Part shown: one piece after another, positions 54,557 to 64,000 of the stretch
How positions within the stretch are numbered: position 1 is the first letter of the stretch
Layout of the letters: each line of letters begins with the position of its first letter
NCBI GenBank assembly: GCA_963768425.1
Contig: CAVYHV010000022.1
Coordinates: 1-64,000 of the forward strand
Length of the DNA stretch: 64,000 nt
Source: Candidatus Bathyarchaeota archaeon
GTDB taxonomy: Archaea; Thermoproteota; Bathyarchaeia; Bathyarchaeales; Bathycorpusculaceae
Direction of reading: 5' to 3'
Translations under genes and position numbers: made by a program
Notes under the pieces: model-generated
What the model saw: the letters and a program-made list of their open reading frames with translations, nothing else
Database searches by the model: none
Told to the model about the DNA's origin: nothing

Positions 54557-55978
54557 TTATGGCTGCCATTTCTCTATGAGATATTTGGGTATCTCGCTGC
54601 TGTCGCGTGGCCCGACGAGGACTTTCCAGCCGCTGAGTTCTTCGATCTCGCCGCTGATGCGTGATGCTTTGCCGGGGATTATGATTTTGCGGTGTTTGAC
54701 TTTGCTTTCTATGCCTGAGGCTTTGATTGCGTCGGCTACGCGTTCCGCGGTTAGTTTTCTTCCTGCGACTCCGCTATCGATTGCTGAGCCTTCAGTTTCA
54801 ACCACGATTAGGTACGCGTTGAGTTTGCTGCTTTCGATGTCTGAAGCGACTGTATAGTATGTTAAGGCGAAGTTTGTGGTGAACATTACTGGCGAGTTTT
54901 CGTCTGGAGTTCCGAATACTTTGAGTCCTGGAGCTACTGCAACGGGTTTGCGTGGGTCAGTGTAAATGTTCTGTCTGAGAACTGTGTCTGGCAACAGTGA
55001 CCAGCCGCTTACACTATGCATTACAAGTACGTCTGCATACCGCACTATGAGCATTCCTGCTAGGTACGCTTCACGCCATTTCAAGAGGTCTTCAGCTGTT
55101 GCTGTGTCTTCCCAAGCAACCATAGGTACGCCGATTAATGGGAAGCCTGCTAATTCTTCGCCTTCTTTACATGCAGCTCTGCGAAGCATCGTGAAGTTGT
55201 TGATTGTGTCTGGTAAGCCTTCGTGTGGGAAGGTCCCTGGGTCTAAGACCAAGTCGGTTACTCCGTAAGCCATCAACGTCTTTGCAAGTGAAACCAACGT
55301 GGTTAAGTCGTTTGGCGCGGACACAACTAGAGGGGCATCATACATCAATGCAAGTTCTGCCATGTCTTTCCAGTTGCTCTGAGTTGCTGCATAAAGCAGC
55401 GGTCGCGCTTTGGGTGCCGCCATCAAGCCTGCCTCTGCAATTGCAGGGTTCAGGGTGCAGAGTATAAGTGGCAGTTTAGTTATTTCCTCGACTTTTTTGA
55501 CAACAGCCTTGAATTTGTCTGCGTCGCCGGATGTGCATCTTACTGCAATCATATCCAATCTGAGTGTGTTGCCGATGTATTCGAATGTAAAGTTCTCTGT
55601 GTACTGTACTCGCGAGACAACTTCTTGCATTGGCATTTCGTCAGTTACATCTAAGGCGATGGCTGTGGGGTTCTTGTAAGTGAATTCGTGGCGGTACATG
55701 ACAAGTTTGCCGCCAAGTTTCTTAGCTTTATCGCCAGCGCCCACAGTAACTTCTTTTATTGCGGGTTTAAGTAGATCCTGAAGTGCAGCGTAGGCTTTTG
55801 CATTTTCTGGTTTTAGCAGTGGTTTGCAGCTATCGAGTTCTACTTCGCGGTTAACGATTTTTGTCGCAAACGCCATGCAGTTGTCTTGACCGCATTCTTT
55901 GCAGTTTGTTTTTGGTAGAAGCTTGTAAATGGTTATTGGGCTTAATTCTTTTAGTCCGCCTTTCTTTTTCTCGCTCAT
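54557..55978 (-). CDS. cdhE: ACDS gamma subunit (corrinoid Fe-S protein large subunit)
   Basis: LPKTNCKECGQDNCMAFA, LRQNIYTDPRKP and TTNFALTY motifs. Confidence 0.95.
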   Translation of the reverse strand: MSEKKKGGLKELSPITIYKLLPKTNCKECGQDNCMAFATKIVNREVELDSCKPLLKPENAKAYAALQDLLKPAIKEVTVGAGDKAKKLGGKLVMYRHEFTYKNPTAIALDVTDEMPMQEVVSRVQYTENFTFEYIGNTLRLDMIAVRCTSGDADKFKAVVKKVEEITKLPLILCTLNPAIAEAGLMAAPKARPLLYAATQSNWKDMAELALMYDAPLVVSAPNDLTTLVSLAKTLMAYGVTDLVLDPGTFPHEGLPDTINNFTMLRRAACKEGEELAGFPLIGVPMVAWEDTATAEDLLKWREAYLAGMLIVRYADVLVMHSVSGWSLLPDTVLRQNIYTDPRKPVAVAPGLKVFGTPDENSPVMFTTNFALTYYTVASDIESSKLNAYLIVVETEGSAIDSGVAGRKLTAERVADAIKASGIESKVKHRKIIIPGKASRISGEIEELSGWKVLVGPRDSSEIPKYLIEKWQP

Positions 55979-57216
55979 TGCTTGCCAACCCCTTGTGCTT
56001 TCATGGTTATCCAATCTGCGTATTTCGATGCATCTGCTTTTTTGCCGCTTGTCAGGTAGTTTGTGACGTCTTTGAGCGTCTTTACTGCTGCTGGATGCAT
56101 CATCATGAATAAGTCAACGCCTGCGAGCAGAAGTGTTAAGGCAGTGGTTACTTCCCAGAGTGGTCCTCGGAGTTCGCGTGGTTCCCAGTCAGCTGACATT
56201 TTCAGCCATGCTTCACGGGCAGCCCATGCGTTGGTTGTGCCGGAAGACATTGGGTGAGCAAGTTCCATGTCGCCCATTAATCCGCCGAGTCGTGCTCGCT
56301 CCATGTTGGTGAATGCGTAGTCTAAGCCGTATCCTAAGGCTGCTGTAGTTAAGTCCATAACGATGTCTTCTCTGCCGAGAAAGTCGTATAGTCTCCGGTT
56401 AAGTTCCCGTGCCAGGTTAAGGTCCATCGGAGTGAACGAAAGTGCAGCATGCCCGTTTTTCTTGACGAACTTTGCGCAGCGTTCAACATCCATATCCCTT
56501 GTTATTGAGCTTATTAGGAAACGTTCTCCTGGGAAAGCGTTACAGATTTCTTCGAAAACGTTTGCGTCTTTAACTGGGTCGCCGCAGCCGCCGATAACTA
56601 GTGGTACGTCAACGGCTTGCAGAACTTTTTCAACGGTTTTCACTGCGTCTTTCGGTGTCGCGTTCTTGAGCAAGGGGTCAATGCTGATTAAGTGGATTGT
56701 AACCATGTCGGCCTTGAATTGTTGTACTGCAAGTTTCGCCCAAGCTGCTGGATCTCCAACGACGTCCTTAACATGCATCTTGACTGCTTTGCTTAGGGGT
56801 ACTTCCATGTCGAAAACGTCAAGGGTGATGACTGGTTTGTGTGTGGTTGGTCGCTCAAAATTGTAGAATGCAGGTGATGTTTCGCCGCCGATGGTGAATG
56901 AGGTTCCACGTGTGCCGCCTTCTTTTCGTGTTGCGCCTAATTTGACTTCCGCGATTTTGTTCGGGTAGGTTTCAATTGGGGGTAAGAATGGTACTTGAAG
57001 CATTGATACAGGTTTTCCGCCTGTGACTACTGCTGGAAGCTTTAGCTTGGGCATTATTTGGCCAGCCATTCCTGGCTCAAAGAGTATCTCTAGCTCTTTG
57101 ACGTCAATCTGGAAGTCTTCGAGTTCAATTTGCTTGAACCTGGCTAAGGCATCCAGTAGATCTTGGCTGAGCTTTAGACCTTCGTTGTCTTTCTTCTTGT
57201 CGCCGTCTGTGGGCAA
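55975..57216 (-). CDS. cdhD: ACDS delta subunit (corrinoid Fe-S protein small subunit)
   Basis: LGATRKEGGTRG, TTAALGYGLDYAFTNMERARL, TTNAWAAREAW and MMMHP motifs. Confidence 0.95.
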   Translation of the reverse strand: MPTDGDKKKDNEGLKLSQDLLDALARFKQIELEDFQIDVKELEILFEPGMAGQIMPKLKLPAVVTGGKPVSMLQVPFLPPIETYPNKIAEVKLGATRKEGGTRGTSFTIGGETSPAFYNFERPTTHKPVITLDVFDMEVPLSKAVKMHVKDVVGDPAAWAKLAVQQFKADMVTIHLISIDPLLKNATPKDAVKTVEKVLQAVDVPLVIGGCGDPVKDANVFEEICNAFPGERFLISSITRDMDVERCAKFVKKNGHAALSFTPMDLNLARELNRRLYDFLGREDIVMDLTTAALGYGLDYAFTNMERARLGGLMGDMELAHPMSSGTTNAWAAREAWLKMSADWEPRELRGPLWEVTTALTLLLAGVDLFMMMHPAAVKTLKDVTNYLTSGKKADASKYADWITMKAQGVGKQ

Positions 57217-57222
57217 CTAGGT

Positions 57223-58641
57223 TCACCGCTTGTCTTTGTCGTCTTTGACAGTTTGGATTATGACTTTGTTAGCGTAGATTTTTGCGTCTTTAAGGATGAT
57301 TCTAAAGCCGCCCGCCATGATTGGCAGTGTGCCTGCAGTTGCGACCGGCATCATTGTGGCTGCTGCTTCTTCTGTGACTTGTAATGTTTGAGCTTCTGGT
57401 GCTGCTACCGGTGCTTCTTCTGCTGTCCATCTTGCTACGACTGGGTGGTTCTTGGCTTTCAGGAATGCTTTGAGTTCATCAACAGTTTTTGCGTCTTCTT
57501 CAGTGGCAACTTTGTCGACGAGTTCGGGTGGGATGAAGTCTTTGACGCGTTCTTTGACTTCTTTAGGTACCCAGACAACGCGGTTCCATCCGCCGTCTGC
57601 AGCGAAGAATTTCTTGCTTCTCATGTATTCGATGGACATTCCGTGGAATCCGTCGATTTGTCTTCCGCCTGCCGCTGAGTCTGCAATTGTGCTGAAGGGT
57701 AAGCCGTTTACTGCTGGACCTTTGAAGCTTCTGTGGACTACTGCTAATCCGTCGACTTCGGGGACGTAGAAGGTTACTGCTTCGAAGCATCCGCACGAAG
57801 TGTGTGGGTGATCGAATGCTGTGTAGAGCCAGACTTGGTTAACTTCGCCCATGCTACGTTTCTTTGCAGCTTCGTTGACACCTGAGAACTCGCCTTTTTC
57901 AGCGTTTAACATTTGTCCCCTGGGTATAGCGAAAACTGGACCTTTGGGGTCGATGCTTGCTGATGCTTTTCCGTCAAACCAGCTGATAGCGCCGCAATTG
58001 CTGTATCTTTGAGGTGTGATAACGCAGACGTGGCTTGGTGCGAATGATTGGCATAGGGCGCAGCCGTAGAATGTGTCAACATCTTCGTCTTTGAGTCCTC
58101 TTGCTTTTGCGTCACGTGATTCGTAAGCTTGGACTGCTTCTGGGTACATTTCGTCCAGTTTGGCTGTGTCTGTTATGAAGGTGATTTGTACTTTCTCAAT
58201 GATAGGCAATTCACTCTTGAATAAGCGGTACAGGACTTTTCCGATGGGGTCAAAGCTGTTTAAGCCTTTTTGGAATGATTTTTTGCCGAGGCGTATCCAG
58301 ATGTCGTAGCGTTGGTTGAGGTGCATGAATCCCTCGATGTAATTCAGGTAACCGTGAATGCGCCTTTCTATGACACCTTCAAGTCCTGCATCAAGTTTTT
58401 CGCCTGCAGCTTCAACAAGAATTCCTAGCGGGTATGCTCCGCCTTCCTTCAGGTCTTTGATGTCGGGTCCGATGATGGTGATTTTTCCGTCGTCGATTTC
58501 GCTCATGGGTTTTACTTTGGCTAACTCAAACTTCTGTTTAACTGTGGGTCCGCCGAGTTCAACTTGCATGTCGTTTCTTCTGATACGTTCTCCTTCGTAG
58601 ATTACGCCAACTTCAACAGGTATATCTTTAAACATAGACAT
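57223..58641 (-). CDS. cdhC: ACDS beta subunit (acetyl-CoA synthase)
   Basis: YEGERIR, FYGCALCQSFAPSHVC and PHTSCGCFE motifs. Confidence 0.96.
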   Translation of the reverse strand: MSMFKDIPVEVGVIYEGERIRRNDMQVELGGPTVKQKFELAKVKPMSEIDDGKITIIGPDIKDLKEGGAYPLGILVEAAGEKLDAGLEGVIERRIHGYLNYIEGFMHLNQRYDIWIRLGKKSFQKGLNSFDPIGKVLYRLFKSELPIIEKVQITFITDTAKLDEMYPEAVQAYESRDAKARGLKDEDVDTFYGCALCQSFAPSHVCVITPQRYSNCGAISWFDGKASASIDPKGPVFAIPRGQMLNAEKGEFSGVNEAAKKRSMGEVNQVWLYTAFDHPHTSCGCFEAVTFYVPEVDGLAVVHRSFKGPAVNGLPFSTIADSAAGGRQIDGFHGMSIEYMRSKKFFAADGGWNRVVWVPKEVKERVKDFIPPELVDKVATEEDAKTVDELKAFLKAKNHPVVARWTAEEAPVAAPEAQTLQVTEEAAATMMPVATAGTLPIMAGGFRIILKDAKIYANKVIIQTVKDDKDKR

Positions 58642-58644
58642 TTT

Positions 58645-59187
58645 TTATTGTCCTCCTTCAAATTTTGAAGTCATGACTTTGAGATTTGCAGCCCATTCTT
58701 CAAGGGTTGCGTTTGGGAAAGACCAGCTTGCATGCACATGGAACAAGTTGTCCAAGGTCATGGTTTTCAGGTCAGGTGCGAAGTGCTTGAGTCCACAGAG
58801 CATCAACGATTCAACGTAATAAGGTAACCCCACCATCATAACTAGGTCTGGGTGTCCTTTGCCGTCTAAGCCTTGCCATGTTGGGTCAACTACCAGGTTG
58901 CCGATCTCCATTGCATTCATGTATGCTGCTGGTTCGTATCCGCGTTTCAGAAATTCGCCGACCATATGTGCTGTGGCTACTACGGGTAGTTTTGATGCTT
59001 TTGCGAGGTCGATCAGGTATTCGATTAGTTGTTTGCCTTCCAGGTATCTTTCTGTGGCGTTGCTTCCCACAATGAGAATGGGATGTTGGGCTTTTTTCAT
59101 CATTGCTACTGCTATTTCGGGTTTTTGAATTGGGTTTGCTTTTTTAGTTGAAGCTATTTCTGCACATTGCCAGGGTTCACATGACAT
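58645..59187 (-). CDS. cdhB: ACDS epsilon subunit
   Basis: Position between cdhA and cdhC. WQGLDGKG..DL...LKHFAP...HASWSFPN. Confidence 0.92.
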   Translation of the reverse strand: MSCEPWQCAEIASTKKANPIQKPEIAVAMMKKAQHPILIVGSNATERYLEGKQLIEYLIDLAKASKLPVVATAHMVGEFLKRGYEPAAYMNAMEIGNLVVDPTWQGLDGKGHPDLVMMVGLPYYVESLMLCGLKHFAPDLKTMTLDNLFHVHASWSFPNATLEEWAANLKVMTSKFEGGQ

Positions 59188-59194
59188 TTCATTT

Positions 59195-61544
59195 TCACTC
59201 CTTCATTTTCCTGATCATTCTTGGAAGCAATGTTGGGTCCGGTATTACTGTTTCTTTCCAGTCGTGTGCTTCCAGTATCTTGGTGAATTCGTCTTTCATG
59301 GTCATTGGGATATCAGCCATTGTTCTCACGAATAAGTGTAAGTCGTTTGGCATAACTCCCATGTAGCGTTTGCTTAAGTCAACGTAGTGGCTTAGTTTTA
59401 TGCTGCGTCCTTTCCATGTGTCGTTTGGTCTGATGCAAAGCTTTGCGATTGCAACCATGCATTCCTCTTTGGTTTCTACTGTGTTGAAGAGGTGTTCTGG
59501 TGCGGGTCCGACTCTAACTTTGTCGCCTGTACGTGCATCGTAGACTTCGAAGTCTTCGGGGTGGTCTTCTCTGCCAAGGAGCATTCGACGGTACTTAACA
59601 CCATGCGGTCCGACGAGAACGGGTATGCCTAAGCGCCAGAATCCAGCGCCTATAGCTGCAGCTTTCTGTGAGTATGCACCCCACGCTAGACCAACAGCAC
59701 CTAAGCGGTTGTGGATGTAATCTGCGATTTCTTCGTAATTGCCGCGAAGTGGGCGTTTTGCGAATATGTTTGCTACTTTGATTGCAGCGCCTGCGATGTG
59801 GCTGTTTGCGACGCATGAGCCAACGTTAAGTACTCCTCCCGCTTCAAATCCGCCTGGAAATTCTTCGTATAGTGTTTGTCCGTCGCTGTTGCGGTAACTG
59901 CCTGCGGACATTGCTGAGCATCCTGACAGTACTACGATGTATCGTCTTAGAGCAAATTCTCGACAAATGTCGTAGACGTCTTTGCCTCCTTTTGGATAGT
60001 TGCTGCATCCTACTACTGCAACGATACCTGGGATTTCTCCGAGCACTATTGGGCTACCGACATTGCGGATTTCAACGTCTGAGACTGCGCCTCTGCCAAC
60101 GCGGCACAGGTTATCTTCAGCGAGCATTGCCTTTTCGCCTGATTTGATGATTAGACTATGAATCATGATTTTTTGCGGGCAAGCTTCTTCGCATCTTCCG
60201 CATCCAATGCAGGTCTCATAAAGATCTTCTAGTAAGGATAGGTCACCTTTTGCTGCTGCTTTGATGGCTGCTGGAATCGCGTAGTCTTGTGGGCAGTTCC
60301 GTTGGCAACTCTTGCATTGAGTGCAGGTCTTAGCGATCTGTGTAATTTCCTCTATGGTTGGAAGACTGGTCTTTCGTTTGCGTATAGGAGCAACTTTTTG
60401 GGCGACACGTACTGCGACTTCGCCGACTTTTTCTGGATCAAGAATTAGCACGCCTTTGACTTTGCCGCTAACGAGGTCAGCAACGATTTCGTCTGCTGGA
60501 TCGTTTGTACGGTTCTTGAAGCCCATGCAGTTCTTTTCGGATGCTGCAATTACTGGAGCGTTGACTTTACCGGCTTCGTCATAGACGTCTGTTCGGATAC
60601 ATTGTTCGTCAAGTACAACTACATCGGCTAAGCCTGCACGTATGAATCTTAGCTCCCAACTGATAGGTCCAACAACTCTTGCACGATTATAGTATCTTGT
60701 CATGTCGTGTGCCGTGCAACATAAGCCCGACAACTTCGATTTTCTCGTCAACTTTGTTTTCTTTTGCGTAGTCAATTATTCCGATTGATGGAACAACGTT
60801 GTGGCCAATGCACATGATGACTGGTTTTGTTCGATCAACGCTTCCGATTCCGAGTTTTACAAGAGGTGCTTCTGCGTCCGCTTTTGGATAGCCTAATGTA
60901 GAAATTTGTGCGATATCTCCGACTTCCATTCCGACATGGTCAATCATACCGACGTGAAAAGCTTTAGATTCAAAGTCTAAATTGTTGCCTTCTTGACCTG
61001 TATGTCCTACCGCGAGAATTTGGGTGATTTGCTCTTCTGTGTAAGTTAAAATATCCTCCAAGTCGCCAAGTGTTTCAGGCTTTATACCAGTAACAAGGCG
61101 GCTAACGGGCGCTTCAACTTTTATGTTCAGACCTCCAACGTCTAACGGAGTTCTGCGTCCATATTTTTCAATTAAATGGTGAAGAAGATGGCGTGAGTGG
61201 GCTGTATGGCAAGCGGCTCCAATTGCGCAAGCTAACATCACGATGCGAGATGATTGAGTCGCGATGTCTATTCCGCATGCGCCTCGTTTCCCTGCTGTCA
61301 AATCGCATTTTCCAAAAGTACATAGACAGCAAAGGTCACAGTCGGGCATGTAGAAGGGCTTGTACTTGTTTAGGAGTTTCATGTCCCAGTCTCGTAGGGT
61401 GGTCATGGAGGGCATTGGAGTTGGTCCCATGGGTTCAGTGTAGTTGTCGTTGACAACTTTGCCAATGGAGACTTCGAGGTTTTTAATAAGACCTGAGTTG
61501 GTCTTCATTTCGCCTATTTTTACGTTAACGTTTTTAGCAGTCAA
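59195..61544 (-). CDS. cdhA: ACDS alpha subunit (Ni-CO dehydrogenase), one frameshift near 60725
   Basis: LRDWD...CDLCCLCTFGKC...GACG, IGHNV, GLCCTAHD, two ferredoxin-like CxxCxxCxxxCP motifs and GSCVANSH. Confidence 0.95.
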
Positions 61545-61700
61545 ATTAATGACTCCTCTGTAAAGGTTTAGGTATAAGACTGCCATGATTTGTTTTTAAA
61601 CCTTTCCAGAAATCGAGGCAAAAGTCATGATCCAATTACAGAAATGTTAAGGTTCTGAGAAATTGTGTAAAGAAAGAGCCAGAGAATATATACACGCTGA

Positions 61701-62465
61701 CTACAAGTAGCCAAGCGTCTTCATGATAGCCTTCACTGAAGCATAAGCCGCGCTATTGCTAGGCAAATCAAGCAGCGATTTCCCGTTAAGCACATACTCA
61801 TCTAAGACTTCGTCCGCAACGATTTTTCCTAAATACTTGAACCCCAAGTCAGCTTCAGCCTGCTTGCCCAGCTCAAATGGAAAACGGTAGCCGCCGACCA
61901 AGTAGAAATTGTCAAACTTCATGTCAACCTCTTTAGCTATTTTGAAGGCTCTTTTCACGTGGTCCTGGGATTTCTTTGAATGATCCAAAATGTCAAAAAC
62001 GTCGTTAACAGTCGAAGTAATTCGACGGTTCAGGTTTTCAAGCCCAGCAGGAGAATCAACCAAGATGTACTTGTAATTTTTAGTCAACGACTCCAACGCA
62101 CCCTTCAACGCGGAGTTCGGCATGCAGTAGCAGCCCTCAACCCATTTGGTGCCAACCGCGAGGAAATCGAAATTTTTGCTTTCATAGAGCCCTTTTTCCC
62201 AAATGCGGCTTTCTATGCGTTCAGTTGGGGCAACTCCGACTGTGGTGCCGCCCTGCTCAATGAAGGTGCTTACTAAGAGCTCGGCGATGGTTGATTTTCC
62301 CGCTTCTCTGAGGTCTATTCCAAGCATTTCGGCTAGGTTCTGGTCTGGGTCAGCGTCAACAAGCAGAAGGGGGGCTTGGCCTGATTCGATTAGAGATTTG
62401 GTCATTAAGGCTGTGAAACTGGATTTTCCTGTTCCGCCGCGTCCGATTGTTACAAGAGTTTTCAT
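61701..62465 (-). CDS. cooC: CO dehydrogenase/ACS nickel-insertion ATPase (CooC/AcsF family)
   Basis: GRGGTGKS, DADPD, EGCYC and DSPAGLE motifs. Confidence 0.88.
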   Translation of the reverse strand: MKTLVTIGRGGTGKSSFTALMTKSLIESGQAPLLLVDADPDQNLAEMLGIDLREAGKSTIAELLVSTFIEQGGTTVGVAPTERIESRIWEKGLYESKNFDFLAVGTKWVEGCYCMPNSALKGALESLTKNYKYILVDSPAGLENLNRRITSTVNDVFDILDHSKKSQDHVKRAFKIAKEVDMKFDNFYLVGGYRFPFELGKQAEADLGFKYLGKIVADEVLDEYVLNGKSLLDLPSNSAAYASVKAIMKTLGYL

Positions 62466-62487
62466 AGATTAAACCTCAAAGTTAGCG

Positions 62488-63261
62488 TCATTTCTTTAGC
62501 AGAAGCTCGCATATATTATCTATGGTTTTAACGGCTTCGATTTGCATGTTTTTTAGTGGTGTTTCGCCAAGCATGTCAGCTTCTGTGACTTTCTGGTCAA
62601 AAGGCACAAAGGTAAGCAGCGGCAATCCGTTCTTTTCAGCAAATCCGCTGATTGCTTCCTTCTGAATGTCGTTCATGACCCTGTTCCCGACGAGGTAGAG
62701 CTGCTGCATCCCCGCGTCTGTAGCCATATCATAGATGTGTTTTGCAATCTCCAAAGATTTCAAGTTTGAATCAGCAACAATAAGCAACGCATCTACTTGT
62801 CGAGCGGTGCCTCTTCCAATGTGTTCAACACCGGCTTCAAGGTCCAAAACTACGGCTTCGTCACGTTCCACAACCAAGTGCCTAAGCAAGGCGCGTATGA
62901 CAGCGTTCGGCGCGCACATGCAGCCAGCACCCATCGATTGCACGGTGCCCATAACAATCAAACTTACGCCTAGTGGAGTGGGAACAGAGTACTGTTTGAC
63001 TATGTCGTCAACGGTGAAATTTAAATTGTAAACACCTGAGTACCCCGTGCTTGTTTTAGATTCAACAAGTGTCTTGTTTTCGGAAATGGGGACGATTTTG
63101 CGGGTTTCCTCCGTGGATAAACCCAAAGTTAAGCCGAGGTTTGGAGAAGAATCAGCATCAATAGCGATAGTTTTCAGCCCTCGTGCAACAAAGCCATGGG
63201 CTAAGCCGCCTGCAATGAGCGTTTTTCCAACACCGCCTTTACCTGAAACAGCGACCTTCAT
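62488..63261 (-). CDS. cooC: CO dehydrogenase/ACS nickel-insertion ATPase (CooC/AcsF family)
   Basis: SGKGGVGKT, GCMC and DLEAGVEHIGRGT motifs. Confidence 0.92.
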   Translation of the reverse strand: MKVAVSGKGGVGKTLIAGGLAHGFVARGLKTIAIDADSSPNLGLTLGLSTEETRKIVPISENKTLVESKTSTGYSGVYNLNFTVDDIVKQYSVPTPLGVSLIVMGTVQSMGAGCMCAPNAVIRALLRHLVVERDEAVVLDLEAGVEHIGRGTARQVDALLIVADSNLKSLEIAKHIYDMATDAGMQQLYLVGNRVMNDIQKEAISGFAEKNGLPLLTFVPFDQKVTEADMLGETPLKNMQIEAVKTIDNICELLLKK

Positions 63262-63488
63262 AACAACTCACATAAGAAAGAGTGGTGAGCAAGGCATTAA
63301 TTTAAGTTTCTTCTGGAAATAGAAAACACAATCGGCTTGAGGCTGATAATTGGGATTTTGGAAAACCTAACAGAGACAAAGATTCTTCAAAAATGATAAC
63401 GAAATATTTCGTCGACAGATCCAGAGAGAAATAATGATATATCAAACAGAAGCATAGGGATATGGAATTAGCATGCAGGCCGCTTGCC

Positions 63489-64000
63489 ATGAAAGGAACT
63501 AATCGTCCTATAATTATCTTTGTAACATCTGTTTTAGCAGTATCGACGATTTTCTGTCTGCTTCTATCTTCATCGTCGATTGCATATGTCTATTCACCGG
63601 ACAATTGGCCAATGTTTCATCACGACATAGGCCACACAGGCTATTCACCCAGCTCACGAACCCCAATTCAAGACACATTGTTGTGGAACTACACAACCAA
63701 CAGCGTAGTCGGGGCTTCGCCCGCAATCGTTGACGGCCATCTTTTCATAGGTTCTGACGCGGGAGTTGCCTATTGCATCAACGCGCTGGACGGGTCCGAA
63801 GTATGGAATTTCACTGTTCCCATTAACTCACAGATTGTTCATGGCGTAGAAAGTATCGCAATCAGTTCTTCGATGGCAGTGGCTAACGGCAAAGTCTACT
63901 TTGGATGCTACGACCGCAACATTTACTGCTTAAACGCTGCAACAGGCGCTGAACTCTGGAACTTCACAACAGGAAACACCGTGGAATCATGTCCCTCAAT
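63489..64000 (+). CDS. PQQ-type beta-propeller repeat secreted protein (partial, frameshifted)
   Basis: Hand translation: signal peptide, DNWPMFHHDIGHTG, LWNYTT...SPAIVDG...IGS...WNF repeats. Runs off the window end. Confidence 0.8.
   Translation, partial: MKGTNRPIIIFVTSVLAVSTIFCLLLSSSSIAYVYSPDNWPMFHHDIGHTGYSPSSRTPIQDTLLWNYTTNSVVGASPAIVDGHLFIGSDAGVAYCINALDGSEVWNFTVPINSQIVHGVESIAISSSMAVANGKVYFGCYDRNIYCLNAATGAELWNFTTGNTVESCPS

Noticed and set aside
46975-61544. Programmed frameshifting in purQ and cdhA
   Set aside because: No convincing slippery site or structure, and indels are widespread in this assembly.

Overview
Archaeal chromosomal segment, most consistent with Bathyarchaeia. This is inferred from the archaeal-type ACDS cluster, an Ftr homolog, an intron-containing tRNA and abundant cohesin/dockerin surface proteins. 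Many genes, especially at 0-21 kb, are broken by single-base indels that look like long-read errors, so gene models there are reconstructed by eye. There are four blocks. (1) 0-29 kb is a cell-surface cluster with at least seven cohesin-bearing proteins (some membrane-anchored), five dockerin-bearing proteins including two PstS phosphate-binding proteins with C-terminal dockerins, pstC/pstA, a beta-propeller protein, a mannosyltransferase interrupted by an ISH3-family IS, and a 211-bp MITE. (2) 30-42 kb is a polyphosphate cluster: CYTH, ppk1, two CHAD-metallophosphoesterase-HD fusions, ppx, ppk2 and two degenerate GIY-YIG-like proteins with Lys-rich tails. (3) 42.9-53.6 kb holds tRNA-Gly(CCC) with a non-canonical intron, then purM-S-L-Q converging on purF-purD-HAD-ftr-like-pfkB, with no purN/purT. 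(4) 54.5-63.3 kb is cooC-cooC-cdhABCDE. The top candidate novel systems are a non-cellulosomal cohesin-dockerin display of phosphate-binding proteins, an EhaRST-like trio filling the missing GAR-formylation step, and a polyP-granule module with pseudo-nuclease/H1-like proteins.
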